From: Nostoc sp. PCC 7120 = FACHB-418
GTDB lineage: Bacteria > Cyanobacteriota > Cyanobacteriia > Cyanobacteriales > Nostocaceae
Assembly: GCF_000009705.1 (NCBI RefSeq)
Contig: NC_003276.1
Span: forward strand, 376,102-408,101
Direction: 5' to 3'
DNA length: 32,000 nt
In this document: piece by piece, positions 17,324-26,304 of the stretch
Numbering within the stretch: the first letter of the stretch is position 1
Layout of the letters: every line of letters begins with the position of its first letter
Made by a program: the position numbers and the translations under genes
The notes under the pieces: generated by a model
Databases searched by the model: none
Told to the model about the DNA's origin: nothing
The model's input: the letters and a program-made list of their open reading frames with translations, nothing else

Positions 17324-18081
17324 GATGCCTCCTGATAAGAAAGTAGACTGCATAGATAATCAATGCGTTTCCAAGCAACGGCGGCCTGTCGCGGAGAGCA
17401 ACTCAATCCGTAAGCGCGACGGGCATCATAGTTACCAGGGATATTTTTAGCTACTCCAATGGGAATCCGAGAAGCCACCTTAGAAATTCCGGGTTGATAG
17501 CTTCTTGTTTCGAGAGAGAGCCGAACTTGCGTAATGTGATTTCCAATTTGGTTTGACCAGGGGGCCGGGACGACTTGGTTGAATAAGCCATTGGAGTAGG
17601 CAATGATGAAGATTCGTTTCCTTTGGTGCGGCAAGCCGACTTGTTGTGCAGAGATACAGTTCCATTCGCCCATGTACCCGATGCTGTCAAGGTCACAGAT
17701 GATTTGCTCAAGTCCGCGATAGAGTAAACCTGTGGGGTTCTCGATGAGAGCGATCGCTGGTCTGTCGGATTCAATGATGCGGAACTGTTCAGCCCAGAGT
17801 GCGGATCTGGGGTCATCAAGTCCTTGTCGGTTGCCTGCATTGCTTGTACCCTGGCAAGGCAGACCTCCTGCCACGATATCGAATTGTCCTCTATGGCAGT
17901 GGTAGGTGGTAATGTCTGAGTGAATTGGGGTTTGGGGCTGTTCATGGCGCAGTCGTGATTGAGAGTAGGGTGAGATTTCGACAAATTGTTTGACCTGGAA
18001 TTTATGAGACAGACCCGCCGCAGCGATACCGTGATGGCACAGTCCGCCGATGCCAGAGAATAGAGAGAGGATTGATTTCAT
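17320..18081 (-). CDS. DNA (cytosine-5)-methyltransferase catalytic core (motifs I-VIII), unusually short
   Basis: Motif I LFSGIGGL, motif IV GGLPCQGTS, motif VI ALIENPTGL, motif VIII QRKRIFIIA. No recognisable motif IX/X (GNAV-type) or full target-recognition domain is present in its 253 aa. Confidence 0.8.
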   Translation of the reverse strand: MKSILSLFSGIGGLCHHGIAAAGLSHKFQVKQFVEISPYSQSRLRHEQPQTPIHSDITTYHCHRGQFDIVAGGLPCQGTSNAGNRQGLDDPRSALWAEQFRIIESDRPAIALIENPTGLLYRGLEQIICDLDSIGYMGEWNCISAQQVGLPHQRKRIFIIAYSNGLFNQVVPAPWSNQIGNHITQVRLSLETRSYQPGISKVASRIPIGVAKNIPGNYDARRAYGLSCSPRQAAVAWKRIDYLCSLLSYQEAS

Positions 18082-18470
18082 GCAACTGCCTCCTGAACCA
18101 ATTCATCAGGCACATCGAAAAGTCCCAGTTGTCCAATGTAGGGAATAGGGGTAATTGCGCGTGGATTTGTCAGATGCCAATGGAACTGCTGTGGCATTCC
18201 CCAGCTAGCAGCAGTTTCCGAAAATTGGCAACCAACAACTCTAACGACACCGATAATTTCACCGCGACTGAGGCTGTCTAGCTCTGGTATGGAAACACCG
18301 ATGCTTTGACAAAATTCTTGGGCTTGCAGATATTCTTTTTTAGTGCAACCTTTGGCGGAGTGAATCAGAATATCGCCCCGGTAGTGGATAGCCCAACCTC
18401 GGTTTTCAATGTCTTTATTGGCGTAAATGATGGCCCATGCCCAAGGCTGTCTAACGGTGAGTGCTTTCAT
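18078..18470 (-). CDS. ASCH domain protein
   Basis: LTVRQPWAWAIIYANKDIENRGW..YRGDILIHSA is the classic ASCH/PUA-like N-terminal signature. Its stop overlaps the methyltransferase start (ATGA at 18078-18081). Confidence 0.75.
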   Translation of the reverse strand: MKALTVRQPWAWAIIYANKDIENRGWAIHYRGDILIHSAKGCTKKEYLQAQEFCQSIGVSIPELDSLSRGEIIGVVRVVGCQFSETAASWGMPQQFHWHLTNPRAITPIPYIGQLGLFDVPDELVQEAVA

Positions 18471-18825
18471 AGGTCAAAACTCAAATAGTTGAATATATGC
18501 GTCCAAGGCGGCAATACCTGGATGAAGCTGCGGTCGAGACTTCAAACCATTGCAGATAACCGCAGTAATCCCTTGTTCGCCAAAAGTGAATCTAATGCTG
18601 ACTCATCGAGCCGCGTAGTAGTTGGTAATAGTCAACAGCAAAAAGTTCAGTTGATGTCAGATGAAGAACCTCTAAAAAATCGTGGATTTGGGAGGATCTG
18701 TTTGACTGGAATCTGTGAAGTATTGAGAGTAAATTATGAGTATTTTTGTGCTGGTTATTAGTAGTAATAGATTTACTTAAGCCCTTGATAAGTTGTAGGG
18801 ATAGGGACGGGGCAGTAGTAAAGTG

Positions 18826-18860
18826 AAAAGCGAAGGTTCTAATCAGCTTACTTCGCTTTT
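18826..18860 (-). terminator. candidate intrinsic terminator after the Rpn-like gene
   Basis: AAAAGCGAAG (18826-18835) pairs with CTTCGCTTTT (18851-18860), giving A-tract/stem/T-tract symmetry. The 15-nt loop is large. Confidence 0.4.
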
Positions 18861-18867
18861 GTTGCTT

Positions 18868-19677
18868 TTATTGCAGTTGAGATAACCATGTTACTAAATC
18901 ATCAATGGATGCAAAATCTAGAAACGCTTCACCTAGTGCTTCTAGTTGCTCAGTAGATAGTGCGCGAATCCGCTCAATGATTGAGCTATCAACTTCACCA
19001 AAGCGTCGATTGAGTTGGCGATAGAATAACTTAAATTCTCCTTTTTGCAGAATATCTTGATAAATAACAGATTCTTGCATAATGTCCTCCCGTAAAAATT
19101 GGCGAATTAAGTCTTTTGTAAATCGTAAACCAGCAAAAATTTCGGTACACCCAGCAATATTTTGTCTTTCAACTCTATTAGGAATTTTAGCGACACTTTG
19201 AGCAACCTGGGATAATAGAGTGGACGGAGAATCAGTTCGCGCTAAAGGTGCAAAGGGCAACAGAGCCGGATTATTAAGGAACTGTACCGCATCCTGTTCC
19301 CATAAACGTACAACTCGATAATGGTGAGTTGTCATCTCATCAGTATATTCTGTGGTAAAAGCAACTTCATCATCAGTTTCCTGCAAAAAAATTAATACTT
19401 GTGTGATTGGTTTACGGTATTGCCGCTTTAATCTTACGTAGTAGTCGAGTATGCGTAATGGAAGAGGAGGATTAGACTTGGTTAAAGTCTGAAATTCAAG
19501 ATGTAGAATGCGGCTCTTTGTTTGGAGAAATATGACAGAATCAGTCCGAATTGGTTCAATTGAAAGTTCAGTTTTTAAAACAGTAACTTCTTGATTAGGT
19601 TGATTTGGTAATAACCAGTTAGCAAAATCGGCAGGATATAACTCGGCTAAATACTTAGCAGTGTTATCGTAACTCAA
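18868..19677 (-). CDS. Rpn-family recombination-promoting nuclease/putative transposase-like protein (PD-(D/E)XK with DUF4351-like tail)
   Basis: SYDNTAKYLAELYPADFANWLL...RTDSVIFL...ILHLEFQT...LRILDYY is the cyanobacterial Rpn/transposase_31 pattern. The preferred start is TTG 19677, after AGGAGA and 1 nt past the upstream stop. The track start is 19698. Confidence 0.7.
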   Translation of the reverse strand: MSYDNTAKYLAELYPADFANWLLPNQPNQEVTVLKTELSIEPIRTDSVIFLQTKSRILHLEFQTLTKSNPPLPLRILDYYVRLKRQYRKPITQVLIFLQETDDEVAFTTEYTDEMTTHHYRVVRLWEQDAVQFLNNPALLPFAPLARTDSPSTLLSQVAQSVAKIPNRVERQNIAGCTEIFAGLRFTKDLIRQFLREDIMQESVIYQDILQKGEFKLFYRQLNRRFGEVDSSIIERIRALSTEQLEALGEAFLDFASIDDLVTWLSQLQ

Positions 19678-19678
19678 T

Positions 19679-20077
19679 TTAATTCTCCTGTTGAGCAAGA
19701 TTGAGTTTTTCTAATCCGCTACGTAAATATTTAGCTAAGGGAGCTTTTTCAATCAAATAATGTGCTGGAACACCCTGAGCTTCATTAACTAAATCAGGAA
19801 AGTCAGATGGTTGTTCATCAGAATGCCCCCGACCGAGTAACATAAGTGCAATTGCCTCAGATAATTCAATATCAGAAAGTTTGTAAATGTAATCAGACAA
19901 CATAGAAATAGGCGTGCCTGGAGTCTGACGCTCATGAAGCAATTCAACTAGTTCTTGTGATAGAGTCTTTGAATCTTTTAAGTCATCTTCTGAGGTCAAT
20001 TTAGATTGCTGATGTAATCGGCGCACAGTAGCTAACTCAATAATTTTGTGAACTTTTTCAACCGTTAAATAATTCAT
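19679..20077 (-). CDS. DUF3775-like protein
   Basis: LSDIELSEAIALMLLGRGHSDEQPSDFPDLVNEA resembles the DUF3775 core (ALMWLGRGD...). The start is set at ATG 20077 (MNYL), preceded by GGAGGAAAAT. Confidence 0.5.
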   Translation of the reverse strand: MNYLTVEKVHKIIELATVRRLHQQSKLTSEDDLKDSKTLSQELVELLHERQTPGTPISMLSDYIYKLSDIELSEAIALMLLGRGHSDEQPSDFPDLVNEAQGVPAHYLIEKAPLAKYLRSGLEKLNLAQQEN

Positions 20078-20155
20078 ATTTTCCTCCATTTTGTAAGATT
20101 TAGAACAGTATCGAATTATTATAACTAACAAAAAAGATTAGTTATAAACTAAGTT

Positions 20156-20932
20156 CTAAAAATCCACCCATTGGATATCAACAATTTGTCCATCTTTCTT
20201 AACTATTTGACATTGATTGATAGGGTCGCAAGCCCAATCAATAGCTCTTTGTCGAAGAACATCACTACCAGAATGCAAATATTTTCTCATGTCTTGCAAT
20301 ACGGCTTCTTCATCTTGAATAAGTGGCGAAACTATCTCGGTAATGGGTGTTAGCTTTTTAATTTTAGATTCTTCAGCTTTCTTCGCTTTTAATGCTTCAA
20401 TAGCAGCATGAGCTACAGCCAATTCTTCATTAGAGACGGGTAATTTTTTAGCTAAGGGTACGACATTAGGTTTGCAATTAGCCCAAAACTCTACTTCTTC
20501 AGGTCTAGCAGATTTAACTAAGTAAACACTAGGGTCATTAACCGCGCCAAACTCATCTTTTGGCGGTGGTAATGTTTCTGATTGGGGTAACTCTGGGGTC
20601 AAGTGTTGAACAGATGCAACGGATACTACGTTTTGCTGTAAATGGGGCAAAGCATAACTAGCAACTTGTTCAACAACCTTTCCTGGAGCCTGTACTTCGG
20701 TGACGCGCATCCCTTGAGGTAAGGGTAAAACGGCGCGTGATTGTTTAGTCAGAACTTGTTCGTCAGATGAAGTATCCAAACCGTGTTGTCGGCGTGTGTT
20801 GATGTTAACTACGCGATGAATGAAGGTGGATTGATACCACTCCCACTCAATAGCCAGATTAGTCGGGTCATTGCGGAAATGTTTGAGGACTTTGGCTTTA
20901 TTGACGTGTAAATCGCCGCCGTAATCCTTCAT
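20156..20932 (-). CDS. hypothetical protein
   Basis: 258-aa ORF with coding-like composition and no recognised motif. The IS at 20963 sits 30 nt upstream of its ATG. Confidence 0.5.
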   Translation of the reverse strand: MKDYGGDLHVNKAKVLKHFRNDPTNLAIEWEWYQSTFIHRVVNINTRRQHGLDTSSDEQVLTKQSRAVLPLPQGMRVTEVQAPGKVVEQVASYALPHLQQNVVSVASVQHLTPELPQSETLPPPKDEFGAVNDPSVYLVKSARPEEVEFWANCKPNVVPLAKKLPVSNEELAVAHAAIEALKAKKAEESKIKKLTPITEIVSPLIQDEEAVLQDMRKYLHSGSDVLRQRAIDWACDPINQCQIVKKDGQIVDIQWVDF

Positions 20933-20962
20933 CCAGCGTTGAGCTAATGCGGTTTGAAATTC

Positions 20963-22641
20963 CCTAGTGTGGCAAAACTTACTAGAGAAGACGACTCTCT
21001 AGATTAGCTAAGTAAGCCTTGGGGTCTCTGCGAAATCGATACTGTTCAATTCTGGCTTTGTGGTGTTTTTGCAATTGAGAGCGTAATTCGAGCCAAGTAT
21101 GAATATCAACTTGTGCTAAATCAGATGCGGTAAAAGAACGAAGTTTAGTAGCGATGGCACAGGCAAGTTTGACAGAACCACGAATAACGAGAGATGAGGG
21201 GGCAACCTTACGACCGGTACAACGACGTTGATGATAACGTAGCATACCAAAAGCGTGTTCTAAGTCATTATTAGTTCTAGGAAAATCTTCAATTTCATAA
21301 CAATGAAAAAGTCCAGACCAGTAGCTGTGGGTGGTTTTTATAAAGTTATCGATTGCAGTGTTCAGGGTACCAGCTTTCTGCTTTTGTTGAGACATTTCTG
21401 TCAACAGTTGCTGATAACTTTGTTTGACCCCAGCAGCATCAAGACCTATTTTATTGTTGAGAATATTACTAGCTTTATCAACCCACTGATATGCAACCCT
21501 CACAGGTGAAAATAAAGATGCAGTAGCAGATAATCCCTTAGCTAGAAGGTGTTTTAGGTTAACTAAAGGTGGTGGTAAAGCACTTCTTTTTTCCATCCTT
21601 TCTAAGCTTTGTTCTATCAAAGTCAAATTTTCTTGTAACTTTAATCCAGATGCCTCTAACGGTGGATGTCCATCATTGGTTATAGAACTACGGACTGCCG
21701 AGCAATAATCTTCAATAATAGTCACCAAATCCTTATCTTCATTGGTAACACTACGTTCAATTTCTCGTAATCCTCTAACTTTTTTTTTTCAATTCCTTTT
21801 TTGCATTTCTATCCGCCTCATATATGGGTTTAATTGCTTCTTTCAGGTAATGGTAATGACATAAACCATGAGCAATTTTAGGTAATGCTAACCCAACAGC
21901 TTTACGAATTGATTGTTGTCCATCACTAACAACTCCATCAATTGGTACATCCAGTGTATTAGCCACTTCTAATAATAACGCTACTAAATCTTCATTCCTT
22001 GATGATAATAAAGTTTTAGCAAGTAAAATTTCTCCTGATAGACAATCTCGAATTACCCATAATACCTCATGTCCAATTTCTGGCTGCATCCCATCAATGG
22101 CTAATATCACCCGTCCTTGATTAGCCACTATTGCTTTTAATCTTTTATGGTCTTTTAGCCATAAAGAAAGTAACTCGTCATATCTGTCAATTAAGTGTGT
22201 GACCGTTCGTTTACTTATACATATACCTTTTAATTCAAGGTGAGTATGTATTTGAGGAACACTTCTATGTTCCTGGTAGCGTAATGCTCCTATATAAGCA
22301 ATCACATCCAAACCAAATTCGTTCTGTGGTAGAGCGAGTGACCCTTCTTGCTCTGGTCGATATGCTTTTTTATACCGCATACATGACTTATTTTGACATC
22401 GCCGAATTTTTAGCTGTAGTTCTACTACCCCATTTAGCGTTCTTATATGTCGAGGATTATTGTATTCATTCCACATTGCTTGACCACACGAAGGGCATTT
22501 TTTTTGAACACAATCGAGTACTTCAAACGATGTTGCTTCTGGTTTTAAACTTTTTCTTACCAAGTTTTTGTACCATTATTTCGTTACAAGCTCAAGATTA
22601 CAGGATCTCTGCTCCTCTCTAGTAAGTTTTGCCACGCTAGG
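20963..22641 (-). mobile_element. insertion sequence, 1679 bp, with 26-bp terminal inverted repeats
   Basis: CCTAGTGTGGCAAAACTTACTAGAGA at 20963 and the reverse complement of 22616-22641, CCTAGCGTGGCAAAACTTACTAGAGA (1 mismatch). The flanking 9-mers TTGAAATTC and TTGATTTTC match 7/9. Confidence 0.85.
20982..22563 (-). CDS. DDE-type transposase split into two ORFs at an A10 run (possibly ISKra4/ISNCY-like; family uncertain)
   Basis: ORF 21775-22563 (zinc finger CPSCG...C..KSC, DGMQPE) ends ...KKELKKKS. Removing one A of the run 21780-21789 continues KKKVRGLREIERSVTNEDKDLVTIIEDY... into ORF 20982-21728. Confidence 0.75.
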
Positions 22642-22701
22642 TTGATTTTCCCAATCATCCAGCGCGATCGCTTGATGTAATGTTATTTTTAGCCAAAAAC
22701 T

Positions 22702-24627
22702 TTATTTTTTCTGGTTGCGTAATTTTATACCTATACTACCCAAACCAAAAGCCAAGAAACTTAAAATTGCACTTGGTTCAGGAACCGACTGGAGAATCTG
22801 TCCATTGCTATCTACAAATAGAGTAATTCCATCATTGTAAGTACGGCGTTCAGTACGTACTAGATTGTAGTTCTCGTCAAGAATAGGAAAACTATACACA
22901 GGTGTTAGCGTCACCTTGGCGTATTTGTTATTTCTACCATTAAGCTGTTCTAAATTAACCTCAAGATGTCCGTAGTGTTTGCCACCATCGATTAATTGCA
23001 GCCCACCTGCCATTTCTTGCCAAAATTCGCCTTCACTTTGGTCAGATGTCCATTGACTAAACCTGTTGTAGTTCAACAGAGGATCGCTCAAGCTAGAACC
23101 AGCGCGTTTCTCACCACGTAATCCGTCACCAGCTACACCCACATCATAGTAATGTACGCCAATACCATCGCCGTCTTCATCTACAAAACTGCGCTCGAAC
23201 ATTTCACTATGACCAGACAAAACTGCCAAAACACCATACTGCTCAAACATATTATGGTATTGGCGCATTGGTGTACCGCCCTGACCTGTTGAGAGATTAT
23301 GGTTCATTGGTTGCCCATGTTCGCCACTACTGTATGGTGCGTGATGAAACTGCACGAAAATCATTTGACCTTTAGCTCGTGCATCGGCTAATTGCACCTT
23401 TGCCCAATTCCATTGGGGGCTACCAGGGTTGAAGTCAGCCAAGTCAGTACCGCCAGCCGCTTCATATTGTTCTCGTGTATAGTTCTCTTGGGTGTCAGTT
23501 CCTGTACCTGTATAATCTTGCCCACTGATTCTGGGTGGTTGTCCTACGCCACCGTAGTTGCTGCGACGATCATCGGGTTCACCATTGGAACTATCGAGTG
23601 TAATGATAGTGATGGGGCCGTAGTCGATACGATAGTAATTGTCCTGATGCTCTGGTGTACCGTTATCAGGCGCATCAAAATATATGTGATACTTATCACG
23701 ACCAAATTTCGGGCCAAAACGTCCATCAGCATCAGTACCATAACCACCATTGAGAGCGCCAAAGTTCTCCCAGTTACCAAGAGCTGGTAGGATTGGGTAT
23801 TGTGATAACCCACTGTCAAATTCTCCGGCGTTGTGACGGAAAAATTCGTCCCACCCTGGTTGATAACCGCCACCTTGTACCAAATCGCCCGGCATCATCA
23901 GGAAGTCAGGATTGCGGCTATTGACGATCGCTAAATTATTCCAGTAGCCTTCATTCTCAGTTAAGGCATATCGTAAAGTCTGCGAACCACCTGAGCCGGA
24001 AGTGCCGAAGGTATCTGCCCACTGACTACCAATTAGGTCAGGGCGTGGTGCTGAACCTAGAGCTAATGCGCCTGGTTGCCATTCACGACGGGTAGAGCGT
24101 CCCAATGGTTCGGTTTCGCTATCAGCCATAGCAATAAAGCGGATGCTGTCCCAGTTGTCTCTAGTAGGAGCGGTTTTAAAGAATGAATTAAAAACACTCG
24201 ATCCTTGGGACACCGTATATTGATATGTTGTGCCTGGTTGCAAACCACGCACATCTACCGTGTGTTTGTAGTTATACTCACTGAGTAACCAAGAACCTGG
24301 AGATAGACCAGCAATATTTTGATTCTTCTCAGCGTTAGTATATGCAAGTACCGACTGGTATGTAGGTGTGCTAGTAAATGTGAGAGGATTGGTTAGACCA
24401 GTTCCAGTAATTGAGAGGATACCGGGTGCGTCTTTCTCTGTAAACCAAGTGAAATATATACCTTCACTCGATGGATTTTGTAGATAGGGATTGACGCGAA
24501 AGGGGGATGCAGTGGCTGAAGCGCTTGTTGCCATAATCAATCCAGTGGTGAGTGTCGTGGCGATCGCCAAAGGACGGGGGAGCATCGTCGCTACTTGCTG
24601 CAAGCGCAACTGGTTGAGGATAGACAT
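22702..24627 (-). CDS. secreted metallophosphoesterase (purple-acid/PhoD-like) with a C-terminal PEP-CTERM sorting signal
   Basis: Signal peptide, then the calcineurin-like motifs FIAMADSE, GDLVQGGG, GNWEN, HHAPYSSGEHG and GHSEMFE. The C-terminus is VPEPSAILSFLAFGLGSIGIKLRNQKK. Confidence 0.85.
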   Translation of the reverse strand: MSILNQLRLQQVATMLPRPLAIATTLTTGLIMATSASATASPFRVNPYLQNPSSEGIYFTWFTEKDAPGILSITGTGLTNPLTFTSTPTYQSVLAYTNAEKNQNIAGLSPGSWLLSEYNYKHTVDVRGLQPGTTYQYTVSQGSSVFNSFFKTAPTRDNWDSIRFIAMADSETEPLGRSTRREWQPGALALGSAPRPDLIGSQWADTFGTSGSGGSQTLRYALTENEGYWNNLAIVNSRNPDFLMMPGDLVQGGGYQPGWDEFFRHNAGEFDSGLSQYPILPALGNWENFGALNGGYGTDADGRFGPKFGRDKYHIYFDAPDNGTPEHQDNYYRIDYGPITIITLDSSNGEPDDRRSNYGGVGQPPRISGQDYTGTGTDTQENYTREQYEAAGGTDLADFNPGSPQWNWAKVQLADARAKGQMIFVQFHHAPYSSGEHGQPMNHNLSTGQGGTPMRQYHNMFEQYGVLAVLSGHSEMFERSFVDEDGDGIGVHYYDVGVAGDGLRGEKRAGSSLSDPLLNYNRFSQWTSDQSEGEFWQEMAGGLQLIDGGKHYGHLEVNLEQLNGRNNKYAKVTLTPVYSFPILDENYNLVRTERRTYNDGITLFVDSNGQILQSVPEPSAILSFLAFGLGSIGIKLRNQKK

Positions 24628-24786
24628 GAATTATAACTCCGTGGGGTTTCCTAGTCTTTCTGCTCTGGACTGAAGCTATTGAGTTCTTATCTTTCTCAAG
24701 TGAAGACTAGGTTAAGCCGCCCATATCCTTAGTTTAAAGAATTGTGGGAGAGCTTTAGCCAATGGAGTGATTGCTTGATAAAATTT

Positions 24787-25075
24787 CACCAAAGACCAAT
24801 TCCTCCAGGCGGAGGCTAATGCTAAACAACAGAAGCTGGGTTTTTGGAATCAATTGCAGCCCCTGATGACTTGGGGTTTCCGGCGAGGGAAGAAGATTCA
24901 GCTTACAACTGCACAACAGGTGCAGCAGTGTGATCGCTCCTACCCGGATTTTTGTATTCTGCCGAACTCGCCAGATTCGGATTGCCGTGATATTTCTTAT
25001 CGTAGATTTAGGGTTAATCAACCAAATCCACATGGGTTCGATAGGGATAGGGATGGGATTGGTTGCGAACAGTAA
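24787..25075 (+). pseudogene. 3' fragment of a thermonuclease (SNase) paralog with an Excalibur Ca-binding domain
   Basis: It aligns with 27395-27690 at roughly 80 percent identity by eye. It reads KDQFLQAEANAKQQKLGFWNQ...CDRSYPDFC...DRDRDGIGCEQ. In-frame TGA TAA lie immediately upstream. Confidence 0.8.
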
Positions 25076-25278
25076 AAAACTGCGTAAAAGGTTAATAAAA
25101 CAGTTAATATAGCTTTATAGTCCAGGTTTTACCCAGCTACATACTAATTTTATAAATTCCTTACTATATCTTTAACTTTTTCTTGGCTAATTCCTGATTA
25201 ATGCTGATGTATTTCTTTGTTTTTTAGAGACAATCTGGACTAAATAATAAATCGTAAAAAATCGCAAGTTACAAAAAT

Positions 25279-26289
25279 ATGAATTTCATAAACAAAGCAC
25301 GTAATTTGGCAGATACGCTAAAAGACAAAGTTCAAGAAGCAGCAAATGGCGTAGAAAATGTAGTTGATGAGATCAAGAATACTACTGTAGAGATTACCAC
25401 CTCAAGCATTAATGCAGTGACTGATTTACAGGTAACAGCCCAACAAGGGTTTCAAACTGTACAAAATTTCAGTAAAGCATTGGAAGGAACTGCTATTGGT
25501 GTGACGACTTCGAGTTTGGCTATAGCTGAGGCATTACAAAACTTGCCCAGGACGGCTGCCGAACTAGCATTAGAGATGCCCAAGATTGCGAGTAGATTGA
25601 GGTATCGAGCTGGTCTGAGAGTTGACGATTTGCCTCGCTCTGATGCAGATGTCATGCAACTGTTCGATAAAATCCCCGGTACATCAAAGTTAGGGGCTAA
25701 CGAACGAACTATCCGGGAATTTCTGAGCGATAAACATGGTAGCCATATCATTCCCCGTTCTCAAGGAGGCTCAAATGGTGCTGACAATATTGTATGGGAA
25801 GTAGGCATTGATAATCTTCGTCGCGGTGCCGAAGTTATGACTGTGGGGGAACAGTTGTATATTCGGGTTTACAATGCCGTAGATTCTATCATTACAAATT
25901 CAGGGACTATTGCTAGGCTGGGGATCACTGCAACTGGAACCGCTATTCTCACCCAAGTTACAGTCACAGCAATTTCCTACTCCTTGGATCTTTATCGAGG
26001 CGATATTACTGTTGAAGAATATAAAAATTTAATTTTAAAAACCGCAAAGGCAGCAGGTATTGCTACACCAATTGTTTTTCTGATTTTAGTGGCTGTGTTG
26101 GCGTTATTTCCAGAATTTACGGTTGTGCTGTCAGCACCAGTGGTTGTTGCAGGGTTCAATGCTTTATTTGGGATGAGCATTGCCATGCCAATCATTCAAT
26201 CGCTACTTCGTCATGCACAAGCAGGTGGTTTTGGAGAGGAAACTGCTGAGGCTTGCAGAAATGCTTTAGGTGGATCTGCGCCTGCGTAA
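25279..26289 (+). CDS. membrane-anchored HNH (His-Me finger) nuclease-domain protein
   Basis: Central motif KHGSHIIPRSQGGSNGADNIVWEVGIDNLRRG (H-N-N variant), an N-terminal helical/low-complexity region, and several C-terminal hydrophobic helices (e.g. IATPIVFLILVAVLALF, VVLSAPVVVAGFNALFGMSIAMPII). Confidence 0.65.
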   Translation: MNFINKARNLADTLKDKVQEAANGVENVVDEIKNTTVEITTSSINAVTDLQVTAQQGFQTVQNFSKALEGTAIGVTTSSLAIAEALQNLPRTAAELALEMPKIASRLRYRAGLRVDDLPRSDADVMQLFDKIPGTSKLGANERTIREFLSDKHGSHIIPRSQGGSNGADNIVWEVGIDNLRRGAEVMTVGEQLYIRVYNAVDSIITNSGTIARLGITATGTAILTQVTVTAISYSLDLYRGDITVEEYKNLILKTAKAAGIATPIVFLILVAVLALFPEFTVVLSAPVVVAGFNALFGMSIAMPIIQSLLRHAQAGGFGEETAEACRNALGGSAPA

Positions 26290-26304
26290 ACATACGTCAG
26301 AAAC

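Noticed and set aside
17451-17984. 177-aa and 61-aa ORFs (17451-17984, 17480-17665) and a 109-aa ORF (15572-15901), in alternative frames of the same strand inside the methyltransferase and dioxygenase genes
   Set aside because: They lie entirely inside genes with clear catalytic motifs. Their sequences are low-complexity and Ser/Pro/Thr-rich, typical of off-frame translation of G+C-richer DNA. No start context was seen.
18489-18761. 90-aa plus-strand ORF in the 400-bp gap between the ASCH operon and the Rpn-like gene
   Set aside because: It has no ribosome-binding site, a non-ATG start and no motif. I also translated the minus strand here and found only very short frames. I treat this as the promoter or leader region of the operon.
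21775-21795. Programmed -1 ribosomal frameshift at the A10 run of the IS transposase
   Set aside because: A -1 shift gives a frame that terminates after about 24 codons. Only a +1 shift or loss of one A joins the two ORFs.
23392-24254. ORFs 23392-23790 (+), 23544-23873 (-) and 24063-24254 (-) inside the metallophosphoesterase gene
   Set aside because: They are off-frame or antisense to a motif-rich 641-aa gene. The peptide composition is implausible.
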